Shown here in pieces: positions 16,676 to 29,397 of a DNA stretch of 32,000 nucleotides. The stretch is taken from NCBI GenBank assembly GCA_965250005.1, contig OZ252279.1, positions 1,410,001 to 1,442,000 on the forward strand, in the 5' to 3' direction. Every line of letters starts with the position of its first letter. Position 1 is the stretch's first letter. The notes under the pieces were generated by a model. The model saw nothing but the letters and a program-made list of their open reading frames with translations. It was not told where the DNA came from and made no database searches. The position numbers were made by a program, and so were the translations under genes. The stretch is from Demequinaceae bacterium. Its GTDB lineage: Bacteria; Actinomycetota; Actinomycetes; Actinomycetales; Demequinaceae.

Positions 16676-17320
16676 CTATCCGCGCGTGAGACGCACCACT
16701 CGCGTGAGCTCAAGACCGGGTACTGTGCGCGCCTCAAGCACCTCCGCTGCGAGCCCCAGCTTCCGCAGCGCGTACTTGGCGCTCTCAATTTCCTCGGCGG
16801 CAGATCGCCCTTTGAGGAACAGCATTTGGCCGCCCTCCGCCAACAGTGGGGCACACCATTTCGCGAGCTTCGCCACTGCCGCAACTGCGCGTGCGGTGAC
16901 TGCCTGGGCGCTGACATCACCACCGACCTCTTCCGCGCGGCCACGCAGCACCCGCACGTTGCTCAACTCGAGGGCGCGGGCCGCCTCGGCTAACCACGTC
17001 GTGCGGCGCTCCATCGGCTCGATGAGCACCACTTCACGTTGGGGCTGCATTGCGGCAATGACCAAGCCGGGAAGACCCGCGCCGGAGCCGACGTCTGCCA
17101 CTGTTCCGTCGGGAAGGAACTGCGCCACTGCCGCTGAATTGAGGAGGTGGCGCTCCCACAGTCTCTCGACCTCGCGGGGGCCGATCAGCCCCCGCAGCAC
17201 GCCCTGGTCTGCCAGCATCTCTGCGTACGCGGCCACAGCCGGGTACCGATCGCCAAAGAACGCGTGCACGGCTTCTCCGCCATGCAGTGGATCGCGCGCG
17301 AGAGTCTGATCGTCGGTCAT
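16676..17320 (-). CDS. rsmG: 16S rRNA (guanine527-N7)-methyltransferase RsmG (GidB)
   Basis: 214 aa with the SAM-binding motif VADVGSGAGLPGLVIA, in the conserved position between jag and parA. Confidence 0.9.
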   Translation of the reverse strand: MTDDQTLARDPLHGGEAVHAFFGDRYPAVAAYAEMLADQGVLRGLIGPREVERLWERHLLNSAAVAQFLPDGTVADVGSGAGLPGLVIAAMQPQREVVLIEPMERRTTWLAEAARALELSNVRVLRGRAEEVGGDVSAQAVTARAVAAVAKLAKWCAPLLAEGGQMLFLKGRSAAEEIESAKYALRKLGLAAEVLEARTVPGLELTRVVRLTRG

Positions 17321-17331
17321 CGAGCTACCGA

Positions 17332-17347
17332 TGTTTCACGTGAAACG
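17332..17347. promoter_or_regulatory. parS: Second parS site, TGTTTCACGTGAAACG (15/16 match)
   Basis: It has one mismatch at the outermost position and sits in the 27-bp gap between the jag stop (17348) and the rsmG start (17320). Confidence 0.8.
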
Positions 17348-17989
17348 TCAGGCGGGGCGCACGACGACGTAGCGGAACGGGTCCTCGCCTTCGGACTCAC
17401 TCACCAGTCCGGCCTCGAGGACGACGTCGTGGACCACTTTGCGTTCAAACGCGTTCATCGGCTCGAGCGAGATCGACTCGCCGTCGGCCTTCACCTTGGC
17501 GGCCGTCTCGCGGCCGAGCTCAGCAAGCCGTTCCTTGCGGCCAGCACGGAACTCAGCGACGTCGAGCATCATGCGGCTCATTTCGCCGGTCTCCACCTGA
17601 ACCGCCAGTCGAGCAAGATCCTGCAGCGCTTCAAGCACCTCTCCATCGGGGCCTACCAGCCGCTTCATATCCGCGCTGGGGCCGTCCGAGGACACGACCG
17701 CAACTTTCGCGCGACCGGCCTCAACCGAGATGTCAATGTCGCCGTCCATGTCGAGAATGTCGAGCAGCTCCTCGAGGAAGTCCGCGGCGTAGTCGCCCTC
17801 GGCGTCGAGCTTCTTGGTGCCAGCGGACTTGCGGCCGGATTTCTTGGGCTTGGATTCAGCGTCGCTCCCGTCACCCCCGGGATCGGTCGTAGCTTCCGCC
17901 TTATCGTTGACCGCTGCTTCGACTTTAGCGTCGTCCGTGGATTCGGACACGACCTCGTCTGGCGTCTCTGTGTTTGAAGATTCGCTCAT
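17348..17989 (-). CDS. jag: Jag/KhpB-like R3H + KH domain RNA-binding protein
   Basis: 213 aa. An acidic, disordered N-terminus is followed by a KH-like segment and a C-terminal R3H region (ERKVVHDVVLEAGLVSESEGEDPFRYVVV). It is in the conserved position downstream of yidC. Confidence 0.8.
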   Translation of the reverse strand: MSESSNTETPDEVVSESTDDAKVEAAVNDKAEATTDPGGDGSDAESKPKKSGRKSAGTKKLDAEGDYAADFLEELLDILDMDGDIDISVEAGRAKVAVVSSDGPSADMKRLVGPDGEVLEALQDLARLAVQVETGEMSRMMLDVAEFRAGRKERLAELGRETAAKVKADGESISLEPMNAFERKVVHDVVLEAGLVSESEGEDPFRYVVVRPA

Positions 17990-18000
17990 GGTGTTTCTCG

Positions 18001-19008
18001 CTACTTTCGCTTGCGGTTCTTGCGCTTGGGCTGCTCGCGCTGGCCTTTGGTCTCAGGCTCGATTTCTGGCTCGTTCTCTTCGATAAAGCCCCTGGCCGCG
18101 GCTTTCTTGGCCGCGCGCTCCTTAAGGGCCCTCTCCGCTTCAGAGCCGGGCGTCGGGTTCCGGCGGATCACGTAGAACTGCTGGCCCATGGTCCAGAGAT
18201 TCGTCGTCGTCCAGTAGATCAGCACGCCGATTGGGAAAATTGGGCCAGAGATCACGAAGATGAACGGCAGTGCGTACATCATGATCTTCTGCTGCTGAGC
18301 CATCTGTCCTTGAAGCGCTGCCGCCGGCATGTTCTTGCGGGTGAGCTGACGCTGGGTGAGGAATGTCGTCGTCACCATCGCGGCTATGAGCACGGCGGCG
18401 ACCAGTTTCACCGATCCGCTGTCGCTCGTGTTGAAGGTCTCCGAAAGTCCGGCTCCGAAGATGTTGGAGTCGTGCGCGAGTTGGGCAAGCTTCCCCGTCA
18501 TCGCGCCGATGCCGTCGTATTCCGGGATCGGCGCGTCCCCAACCGCCGTGCCGGCCTCGAGCGCGACCTCATAGTCCTTGATGGCGGGTGCGTTCTCCGG
18601 CTGGAGATGCACGTTGAGGGTACGGAACAACGCGAAGAAGATAGGTGCCTGGACCAGGATGGGCAAGCACGACGCCAGCGGGTTCGTCTTGTGCTTGGCG
18701 TACAAAGCCATAGTCTCGCGACTCAACGCCTCTCGAGATGCCTGATCCTTCTTTCCCTTGTACTTGGCCTGGATCTTCTTCAAGTCCGGGGCGATGATCT
18801 GCATCGCACGAGAAGCCTTGATCTGCTTGACGAACAACGGGATCAGCAGGACGCGAATGAAGATCACGAGTCCGACGATTGACAGCGCCCAGGTCCAGCC
18901 AGACGTTCCGTCCAGGCCGAAGAACGTGAGCACCTTGTAGAAGCCGACGAGCACGTATGACACCGCGATCTCGAGCGGTTTCAGGAAAGCAAAAAAGCCA
19001 CCATCCAC
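18001..19008 (-). CDS. yidC: Membrane protein insertase YidC
   Basis: 335-aa polytopic protein with a basic C-terminal tail (KGQREQPKRKNRKRK). The GTG start is preceded by AGGGGA. It belongs to the conserved rpmH-rnpA-yidD-yidC cluster. Confidence 0.9.
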   Translation of the reverse strand: MDGGFFAFLKPLEIAVSYVLVGFYKVLTFFGLDGTSGWTWALSIVGLVIFIRVLLIPLFVKQIKASRAMQIIAPDLKKIQAKYKGKKDQASREALSRETMALYAKHKTNPLASCLPILVQAPIFFALFRTLNVHLQPENAPAIKDYEVALEAGTAVGDAPIPEYDGIGAMTGKLAQLAHDSNIFGAGLSETFNTSDSGSVKLVAAVLIAAMVTTTFLTQRQLTRKNMPAAALQGQMAQQQKIMMYALPFIFVISGPIFPIGVLIYWTTTNLWTMGQQFYVIRRNPTPGSEAERALKERAAKKAAARGFIEENEPEIEPETKGQREQPKRKNRKRK

Positions 19009-19018
19009 GATTGATCCC

Positions 19019-19333
19019 CTAGTTAGTTGTTACAACACGATGAGCGCGGGCAGACGAATCATTATTCCTCGAGTGGCGAAATAGCGGCTCTCCAGGCTCC
19101 GGCACGTCGTCGACGCCGCCGTAGCTCCAAGGGTTGCACCGCAGAACGCGCCAGCCCGCTAGTGCCGAACCGGCCAGGAGCCCGTGGCGTTCGACTGCAG
19201 TGTAGCCGTAGTGCGAGCACGACGGGTAGTACTTGCAACGTGGTCCCAGGAGTGGTGACAGCGTCCACTGGTACAGGCGAATCAGGCCCATGCCGCCCAG
19301 GCGCGGAAGGCGCACGAGGAGGGTTGTCATCAC
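19019..19333 (-). CDS. yidD: Membrane protein insertion efficiency factor YidD
   Basis: 104 aa with the motif [35 protein letters not shown]. The start region GTGATGA overlaps the rnpA stop. Confidence 0.85.
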   Translation of the reverse strand: MMTTLLVRLPRLGGMGLIRLYQWTLSPLLGPRCKYYPSCSHYGYTAVERHGLLAGSALAGWRVLRCNPWSYGGVDDVPEPGEPLFRHSRNNDSSARAHRVVTTN

Positions 19334-19674
19334 GCGTTCGCCTTGTTCACAGTCTCGCTCGCCGCGGAACGAACGTCCCGATTGAGACTGCTGAAGGTCG
19401 CGGTAGCAGTTGTCGGCAAGGCTCGAACGACCATCGACGTGTGCTCCGGCAACGTGGGCAGGATCTCGCTGGCGATCGCGCGCAACCGGCGCTTGACGCG
19501 GTTCCTGGTCACGGCACCGCCGACGGCCTTGGAGACGGCAAAGCCGGCAATGCTCTCCGCATCGCCGGCGACTGACATGTAGACAACGACCGTCTTTCGC
19601 CCGCTCTTGTGACCGCGGCGCATCACAGACTTGAAGTCTGACGCCGCCCGCATCCTCGAGCTGGCAGGAAGCAC
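19330..19674 (-). CDS. rnpA: Ribonuclease P protein component RnpA
   Basis: The start is re-called to GTG 19674 ([21 protein letters not shown]...), 2 nt after the rpmH stop. This gives 114 aa and the canonical actinobacterial N-terminus. The track start at 19719 would overlap rpmH. Confidence 0.85.
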   Translation of the reverse strand: MLPASSRMRAASDFKSVMRRGHKSGRKTVVVYMSVAGDAESIAGFAVSKAVGGAVTRNRVKRRLRAIASEILPTLPEHTSMVVRALPTTATATFSSLNRDVRSAASETVNKANA

Positions 19675-19675
19675 T

Positions 19676-19813
19676 TCAGGCCGAAAGTTCGTTCCGACCC
19701 TTGCGACGACGTGCCGCAAGAATGGAGCGGCCGGCTCGCGTGCGCATGCGCAAGCGGAAGCCGTGTGTCTTGGAACGACGGCGCGTATTGGGCTGGTAGG
19801 TCCGCTTGGTCAC
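19676..19813 (-). CDS. rpmH: 50S ribosomal protein L34
   Basis: Absent from the ORF track because it is under 60 aa. Manual translation from GTG 19813 gives (M)[44 protein letters not shown], 45 aa, with stop TGA at 19678-19676. GGAG lies 8 nt upstream. Confidence 0.95.
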   Translation of the reverse strand: MTKRTYQPNTRRRSKTHGFRLRMRTRAGRSILAARRRKGRNELSA

Positions 19814-20016
19814 GGGTAGCTCCACGGTCTAGAGGGGTGGTCAAATCAGCGACCCCACGCTACGTGATCGGCCATGGAGCGTCAAATCTGACGTCACCCG
19901 TTGGCGGCGCGGCCCGAACAGGATAGGCTCCACCTTCAGCACCCTTACCCCGGTAGCGACACGCACCACAATAGGTAACGAATAGATGACGGCCACTCAA
20001 CCGGTGTGCAGAAGGT

Positions 20017-20025
20017 TGTGGACAA
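20017..20025 (-). promoter_or_regulatory. DnaA box (TTGTCCACA on the minus strand) in the dnaA upstream region
   Basis: The plus strand reads TGTGGACAA, a perfect match to the high-GC actinobacterial DnaA-box consensus, 22 nt upstream of the dnaA GTG. Confidence 0.6.
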
Positions 20026-20046
20026 GATAGCGAAAGGCAGACGTTC

Positions 20047-21441
20047 GTGGCAGATACCAAGGTTGACGAGACCATCGAGTCGGTCTGGACCCGGACGCTC
20101 GAAGTGCTCCGCTCCGATGAGTCACTCTCCCCGCAGAACCGCTCATTCATTCGGCTAGTCAAGCCGCTCGCTGTTGTAGACGACAACGTGTTCCTCGCCG
20201 TCGCGGAGGACTTCACCAAGAACTATCTCGAGACGCAATTACGTAGCCCCATCACTCAAGCGCTCGTCACCGTCCTTGGACGTGACGTTCGCTTCGCCGT
20301 CACCGTCGACGCGTCCGTCGTTCCTGCCGAGAGCACGGAGCAGGACGAAGATCCTGAGCCGCGGCGTTCCCCGCGCAGTTCAAAGAACAAACCGCTACCG
20401 GCGGAAGATCCTCACCTGAACTCGCGGTATACCTTTGACACGTTCGTCATCGGCGCGTCAAATCGATTCGCTCACGCGGCGGCCCTCGCTGTCGCTGAGG
20501 CGCCGGGAAAGACCTACAACCCTCTCTTCATCTATGGCGACTCTGGGCTCGGCAAGACCCACCTGCTGCACGCTATCGGGCACTACACCCGACACCTCAA
20601 GCCGCAAACACGCGTGCGCTACGTCAATTCTGAGGAATTTACCAACGACTTCATCAACGCGATCCGCGACGACCGCAAACTAGCGTTCAAGCGGCACTAC
20701 CGCGAAGTCGACATCCTGTTGATCGATGACATCCAATTCCTGCAGGGAAAGGAACAAACGCTCGAAGAGTTCTTCCACACGTTCAACGCCCTTCACGATT
20801 CTGGCCGCCACGTGGTGATTACGTCTGACGTCAGCCCTCGGAATCTTGACGGCATAGAGGAGCGCATGCGGACTCGTTTCGAGTGGGGCCTCATGACCGA
20901 CGTCCAGGCCCCTGACCTCGAAACGCGGATCGCCATCTTGCGGAAGAAGGCGGCGGTCGATGAGGTTCAAGCGCCGGACGACGTCCTCGAATATATTGCC
21001 TCCAACATCTCGACGAATATCCGCGAACTCGAGGGCGCACTCATCCGCGTCACGGCATTCGCCGCGCTCAACAAGCAGTCAATGGATTTCTCGCTCGCGC
21101 AGGTTGTCCTCAAGGACCTCATTAGTGATGACGACTCTGAAGTCACCGCCGCAACAATCATCGGCAAAACCGCCGAGTACTTCGGGATCACCATGGATGA
21201 ACTGACGGGGACATCGCGCTCGCGCGTCTACGTAACGGCCCGCCAAGTGGCGATGTACCTCACGCGCCAGTTGACGGATTTGTCGCTACCCAAGATTGGT
21301 GAGCACTTCGGCGGTAAGGATCACACCACTGTGATGTATGCGGTAAAAAAGGTTGAAGACCAAATTGCGCAGCGTCGGCAAATGTATAACCAGGTCACAG
21401 AAATTCACTCACGCATCAAGCAACAATCGCGCTCTCAGTAA
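20047..21441 (+). CDS. dnaA: Chromosomal replication initiator protein DnaA
   Basis: 464 aa with the AAA+ Walker A GDSGLGKTHLL, Walker B LLIDDIQF, sensor motifs and a C-terminal DNA-binding HTH (GGKDHTTVMYAVKKV). Confidence 0.97.
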   Translation: MADTKVDETIESVWTRTLEVLRSDESLSPQNRSFIRLVKPLAVVDDNVFLAVAEDFTKNYLETQLRSPITQALVTVLGRDVRFAVTVDASVVPAESTEQDEDPEPRRSPRSSKNKPLPAEDPHLNSRYTFDTFVIGASNRFAHAAALAVAEAPGKTYNPLFIYGDSGLGKTHLLHAIGHYTRHLKPQTRVRYVNSEEFTNDFINAIRDDRKLAFKRHYREVDILLIDDIQFLQGKEQTLEEFFHTFNALHDSGRHVVITSDVSPRNLDGIEERMRTRFEWGLMTDVQAPDLETRIAILRKKAAVDEVQAPDDVLEYIASNISTNIRELEGALIRVTAFAALNKQSMDFSLAQVVLKDLISDDDSEVTAATIIGKTAEYFGITMDELTGTSRSRVYVTARQVAMYLTRQLTDLSLPKIGEHFGGKDHTTVMYAVKKVEDQIAQRRQMYNQVTEIHSRIKQQSRSQ

Positions 21442-21585
21442 CGCGCGTTCTTCCGGCGGTTTTGGACACCCCTACGGGTATTGCTGCCAACAATCTACGG
21501 AAATAGCGAGATAACGCTCGCAGTACACACCTGTGAACAACCCTGTGAGTACCCGTGGATGAATGGTACATCTCCGGGGGCGGCC

Positions 21586-21594
21586 TGTGGATAA
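21586..21594 (-). promoter_or_regulatory. DnaA box, perfect TTATCCACA (minus strand)
   Basis: The plus strand reads TGTGGATAA. Confidence 0.75.
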
Positions 21595-21709
21595 CATGTG
21601 TACCACTAATAGACAGTTCAGATCATCCCCAGACATACGGGAACTGCCCTTCGGGATGTCAACACCTCATACACATGGTGAAACCACCAACTACCTGCCA
21701 CTACTTGGG

Positions 21710-21727
21710 TTATCCACAGTATCCACA
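21710..21727 (+). promoter_or_regulatory. Tandem abutting DnaA boxes TTATCCACA + GTATCCACA
   Basis: A perfect consensus box is directly followed by a box with one mismatch, both in the same orientation. Confidence 0.8.
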
Positions 21728-21731
21728 GGTG

Positions 21732-21746
21732 TTACTACTACTACTT
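21732..21746 (+). promoter_or_regulatory. DnaA-trio-like element (top strand TTA CTA CTA CTA CTT; bottom strand 3'-AAT GAT GAT GAT GAA-5')
   Basis: It is separated from the tandem boxes by the 4-nt GC-rich spacer GGTG and followed by AT-rich sequence. This matches the box / GC-cluster / trio (3'-G/AAT-5') / AT-rich architecture defined in Bacillus subtilis oriC. Confidence 0.55.
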
Positions 21747-21876
21747 CCTTTCGTTACTAGATCTAAGGATTAGACCCTTCAAGCATAAAACTTGTTGGGC
21801 TAAAGGCTGTAGCCAAAGGCACTCATCGGTGTGTCAGGTTGGCGTAGTGTATGGCTGAAGAACCCAAGGAGAAAAC

Positions 21877-23004
21877 ATGAAGTTCTCGGTCGAACGCGAT
21901 GTGCTCGCGGACGCTGTCGCGTGGACATCACGCGCCGTCCCCGCGCGTCCGCCTGTTCCCGTACTCGCTGGTGTGTTCATCGACGCGACCGACGACGGCG
22001 TGGTGAAGGTTGCAAGCTTCGATTACGAAGTATCTGCACGTGGACAGTTTCCCGCCACTGTCGACCAGGCCGGAACCGCATTGGTTTCAGGCCGCCTTCT
22101 CAAAGAGATCGCCAATGCGCTGCCACACAAGCCGGTTGAATTTTCCCTTGATGGCACTAAAGTCTCTGTTACGTGTGGTGCGAGCCGATTTACGTTGGCA
22201 ACAATGCCCGTCGACCAATACCCGGACCTTCCACAGTTCCCTGAACAGTCAGGAACCATTAACGGCACGGATTTTGAAAAGGCTGTTGCGCAAGTGACAT
22301 CGGCAGCGTCGCGGGATGAAACTCTCCCGATTTTGACCGGCGTTCGCATGGAGATTGAAGGATCGAATATTTCTCTTCTAGCGACGGACCGCTACCGCCT
22401 CGCGCTGCGAGAGATGACGTGGAAGCCTAGCAAAGCGGACGTATCTTCGGTGGCGCTTATTCGCGCGAAGACGTTGCTGGAAACATCCAAGGCCCTCGGA
22501 TCAGCTGAGGTGACCGTCGCCCTCGCGTCGGGAACAGGTGTTGATCTCGTGGGCTTTTCTGCAGGCGGCCTCGAGAGCACCTCGCTGCTGATGGACGGGG
22601 ACTATCCACAAGTGCGACGCCTCTTCCCGGACGAGTCGCCCATCAAAGCGGTAATCAGTGCGCCCGAGCTTATTGAAGCAACGCGCCGCGTGTCTCTCGT
22701 GGCGGAACGCAATAGCTCGGTCCGCCTTGCTTTCTCTCAAGGCGAGGTCGTTCTCGATGCAGGCCAGAGCGAGGACGCGCAAGCCTCTGAGGCGCTCGAG
22801 GCGACACTCACGGGTGAGGACATTACAGTTGCGTTCAACCCGCAGTACTTGCTCGACGGCCTCCTAGCTCTCCAAACTGACTATGTTCAATTTGGATTCA
22901 CGCAGGACTCCAAGCCCGTCGAATTTGTCGGTCTCGACAAGCCGGGTGGAGACCTTGCCGCGAACTTCCGCTATCTGCTTGTACCCATTCGCATCTCGTC
23001 TTAG
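21877..23004 (+). CDS. dnaN: DNA polymerase III beta sliding clamp DnaN
   Basis: 375 aa with a typical N-terminus (MKFSVERDVLADAVAW) and three-domain length. A strong AAGGAG lies 6 nt upstream. Confidence 0.97.
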   Translation: MKFSVERDVLADAVAWTSRAVPARPPVPVLAGVFIDATDDGVVKVASFDYEVSARGQFPATVDQAGTALVSGRLLKEIANALPHKPVEFSLDGTKVSVTCGASRFTLATMPVDQYPDLPQFPEQSGTINGTDFEKAVAQVTSAASRDETLPILTGVRMEIEGSNISLLATDRYRLALREMTWKPSKADVSSVALIRAKTLLETSKALGSAEVTVALASGTGVDLVGFSAGGLESTSLLMDGDYPQVRRLFPDESPIKAVISAPELIEATRRVSLVAERNSSVRLAFSQGEVVLDAGQSEDAQASEALEATLTGEDITVAFNPQYLLDGLLALQTDYVQFGFTQDSKPVEFVGLDKPGGDLAANFRYLLVPIRISS

Positions 23005-23007
23005 CGC

Positions 23008-24147
23008 ATGCGCGTCAAGCAGCTTTCGCTGACAGATTTCCGTTCGTACACCCAGGCGGATATCACGTTCGGGCCAGGCGTTACCACTCTCGTGGGACGC
23101 AATGGCCAAGGCAAGACGAATGTGGTTGAGGCGGTTCGCTATCTTTCCGTACTGAACAGTCATCGCGTCGCGGTCGATGCTCCGATGATCCGCCACGGGG
23201 CCGACGACGCGACCATTCGGGCGAACGTCGAGAAAGCTGGCAGGTCGCTCACGGTTGAGGTCACACTCAGCGGCGGCCGTGCTAACACCGCTCGCGTCAA
23301 TCGCAGTAACGTGCGCCCGCGCGAGATCGTCGGGATTCTCCGCAGCGTGGTGTTTGCGCCCGAAGACCTTGCCCTTGTCAAGGGAGACCCGACAGATCGC
23401 CGACGCATGCTCGACGACCTGTGCGTCGTTCTCTCGCCGCCGCTTGCTGGCGACTACTCCGACTACGAGCGCGTGGTGCGCCAGCGCGCGACGCTACTTA
23501 AGTCTGCTCGCGGGAAGCCCACCGATCTCGGAACGCTCGACGTGTGGGATGAAAAGCTCGCCAAGCTAGGAGCCACCATCGTTCGCGCGCGGCTCGACGC
23601 GGTTGCGGCGCTGGAGCCCCTCGTTGCTGCAACCTACTCTGACATTGCGCCGGACGAAGGTGCCTGCCGAATCACGTACGAGTCCTCTTCGGGCGGCGCG
23701 GATCTCGGTGGACTCGACCACGGCGCTCTTGAGATGCGGCTGCTTGAGCGACTCGCCGAGGTGCGAGGCAAGGAGCTTGAACGCGGCGTTTGCTTGGTGG
23801 GTCCGCACCGAGACGACCTCACAATCCGTTTGGGCGAACTCCCCGCCAAGGGATATGCCAGTCACGGCGAGGCGTGGTCGTGCGCGCTGGCGCTGCGGCT
23901 CGCTACCTACGATTTACTCACCGCAGAGGGCGGGCCCGACGCGGACGCCGACGGCGAGCCGGTCCTGATCCTCGACGATGTCTTTGCGGAACTTGACGAA
24001 TCGCGTCGTGACGCTTTGGCTCGTCGGGCGGCAAGAGCGCAGCAGGTGATTGTTACGGCCGCCGTATCGCAGGACGTTCCCGATGTGCTCGCGGGTGACA
24101 TTCTGAGGGTGAGCGAGGGTAGGGTGGCGCGCGATGGCGACGGATGA
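23008..24147 (+). CDS. recF: DNA replication/repair protein RecF
   Basis: 379 aa with Walker A GRNGQGKTNVVEA, an ABC-type signature region and Walker B LILDDVFAELD. Confidence 0.95.
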   Translation: MRVKQLSLTDFRSYTQADITFGPGVTTLVGRNGQGKTNVVEAVRYLSVLNSHRVAVDAPMIRHGADDATIRANVEKAGRSLTVEVTLSGGRANTARVNRSNVRPREIVGILRSVVFAPEDLALVKGDPTDRRRMLDDLCVVLSPPLAGDYSDYERVVRQRATLLKSARGKPTDLGTLDVWDEKLAKLGATIVRARLDAVAALEPLVAATYSDIAPDEGACRITYESSSGGADLGGLDHGALEMRLLERLAEVRGKELERGVCLVGPHRDDLTIRLGELPAKGYASHGEAWSCALALRLATYDLLTAEGGPDADADGEPVLILDDVFAELDESRRDALARRAARAQQVIVTAAVSQDVPDVLAGDILRVSEGRVARDGDG

Positions 24148-24706
24148 CGGTGATCCCGACAGTGCCAGTGGTGAGGCACCGCGCGGCCCGTCCAGGACGG
24201 ACGCAGGCGAGTTAGCCAAGCGGGCGATGGAGCAGGCGCGCGGGAGCGCAAAATCTCGTGGGTCTCGACCGCGCTCCGCGCGGCAAGCGCGCAAGGACGG
24301 GGTGGCACGCCAGCGCGACGCCGGAGTCGGCCGGGCGCCGTACTCGGGGGGGCGCGACCCACACCTTTTTGGAAGAGAAATCACGGGCGTATTCCGACGA
24401 ATGGGCTGGACCGAGCAGATTGAGGTGAGCTCCGTGACGGCGCGGTGGCGTGAGGTGGTCGGCGAGCAGATCGCGGACCATTGCGAACCTGTTGGATTCG
24501 ATGACGGAATCCTCACCGTCAAAGCGTCATCTACGGCGTGGGCAACCCAGATTGGTTTGATATCCGGGGAGATCCGCCAGCGCCTGAACGAAGAGGTTGG
24601 CCGGCAGGTCGTCGCGGAAATCACGGTTCTCGGGCCTACCGCTCGGTCGTGGAAGAAAGGGCCGCGAACGGTCAGGGGTCGTGGACCAAGGGACACGTAC
24701 GGATAG
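24134..24706 (+). CDS. dciA: DUF721 / DciA-family protein (Rv0004 position)
   Basis: 190 aa. A basic, disordered N-terminus is followed by a DUF721-type core (WREVVGEQIADHCEPVGFDDGILTVKASSTAWATQI). It lies between recF and gyrB and overlaps recF by 14 nt. Confidence 0.7.
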   Translation: MATDDGDPDSASGEAPRGPSRTDAGELAKRAMEQARGSAKSRGSRPRSARQARKDGVARQRDAGVGRAPYSGGRDPHLFGREITGVFRRMGWTEQIEVSSVTARWREVVGEQIADHCEPVGFDDGILTVKASSTAWATQIGLISGEIRQRLNEEVGRQVVAEITVLGPTARSWKKGPRTVRGRGPRDTYG

Positions 24707-24761
24707 ACCCCTCTAAGCGGCACCCACCAGCGCCGCAGAAATACCTGTGGAGAGCAAGTAA

Positions 24762-29397
<4,636 letters not shown>

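Larger units (their letters stand above)
21442..21876. other. oriC: oriC (dnaA-dnaN intergenic replication origin)
   Basis: This 435-bp non-coding spacer is visibly less GC-rich than its surroundings. It holds three perfect or near-perfect DnaA boxes, degenerate boxes at 21461-21469, 21532-21540 (TGTGAACAA) and 21554-21562, a trinucleotide-repeat element and an AT-rich tract. Confidence 0.85.

Noticed and set aside
17147-18882. Two long plus-strand ORFs (17147..17977 and 17974..18882) antisense to rsmG/jag/yidC
   Set aside because: They are shadow frames opposite well-supported conserved genes, and their translations are Arg/His/Leu-rich with no domain signatures.
19840-19896. The 8-mer GTCAAATC is repeated 41 bp apart (19840-19847 and 19881-19888), and the palindrome TGACGTCA lies at 19889-19896 in the rpmH-dnaA spacer
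   Set aside because: An 8-mer repeat in a 233-bp spacer is expected by chance at appreciable frequency (on the order of a few tenths). I know of no motif it matches.
21555-21773. 72-aa and 65-aa plus-strand ORFs inside the dnaA-dnaN spacer
   Set aside because: They lie across the DnaA boxes, trios and AT-rich region of oriC. They have no SD, and their composition simply reflects the AT-rich DNA.
23914-24723. 269-aa minus-strand ORF antisense to the recF 3' end and the DUF721 gene
   Set aside because: It is a shadow ORF with an Arg/Pro/Ser-rich translation. The plus strand carries the RecF Walker B region and the DUF721 core.
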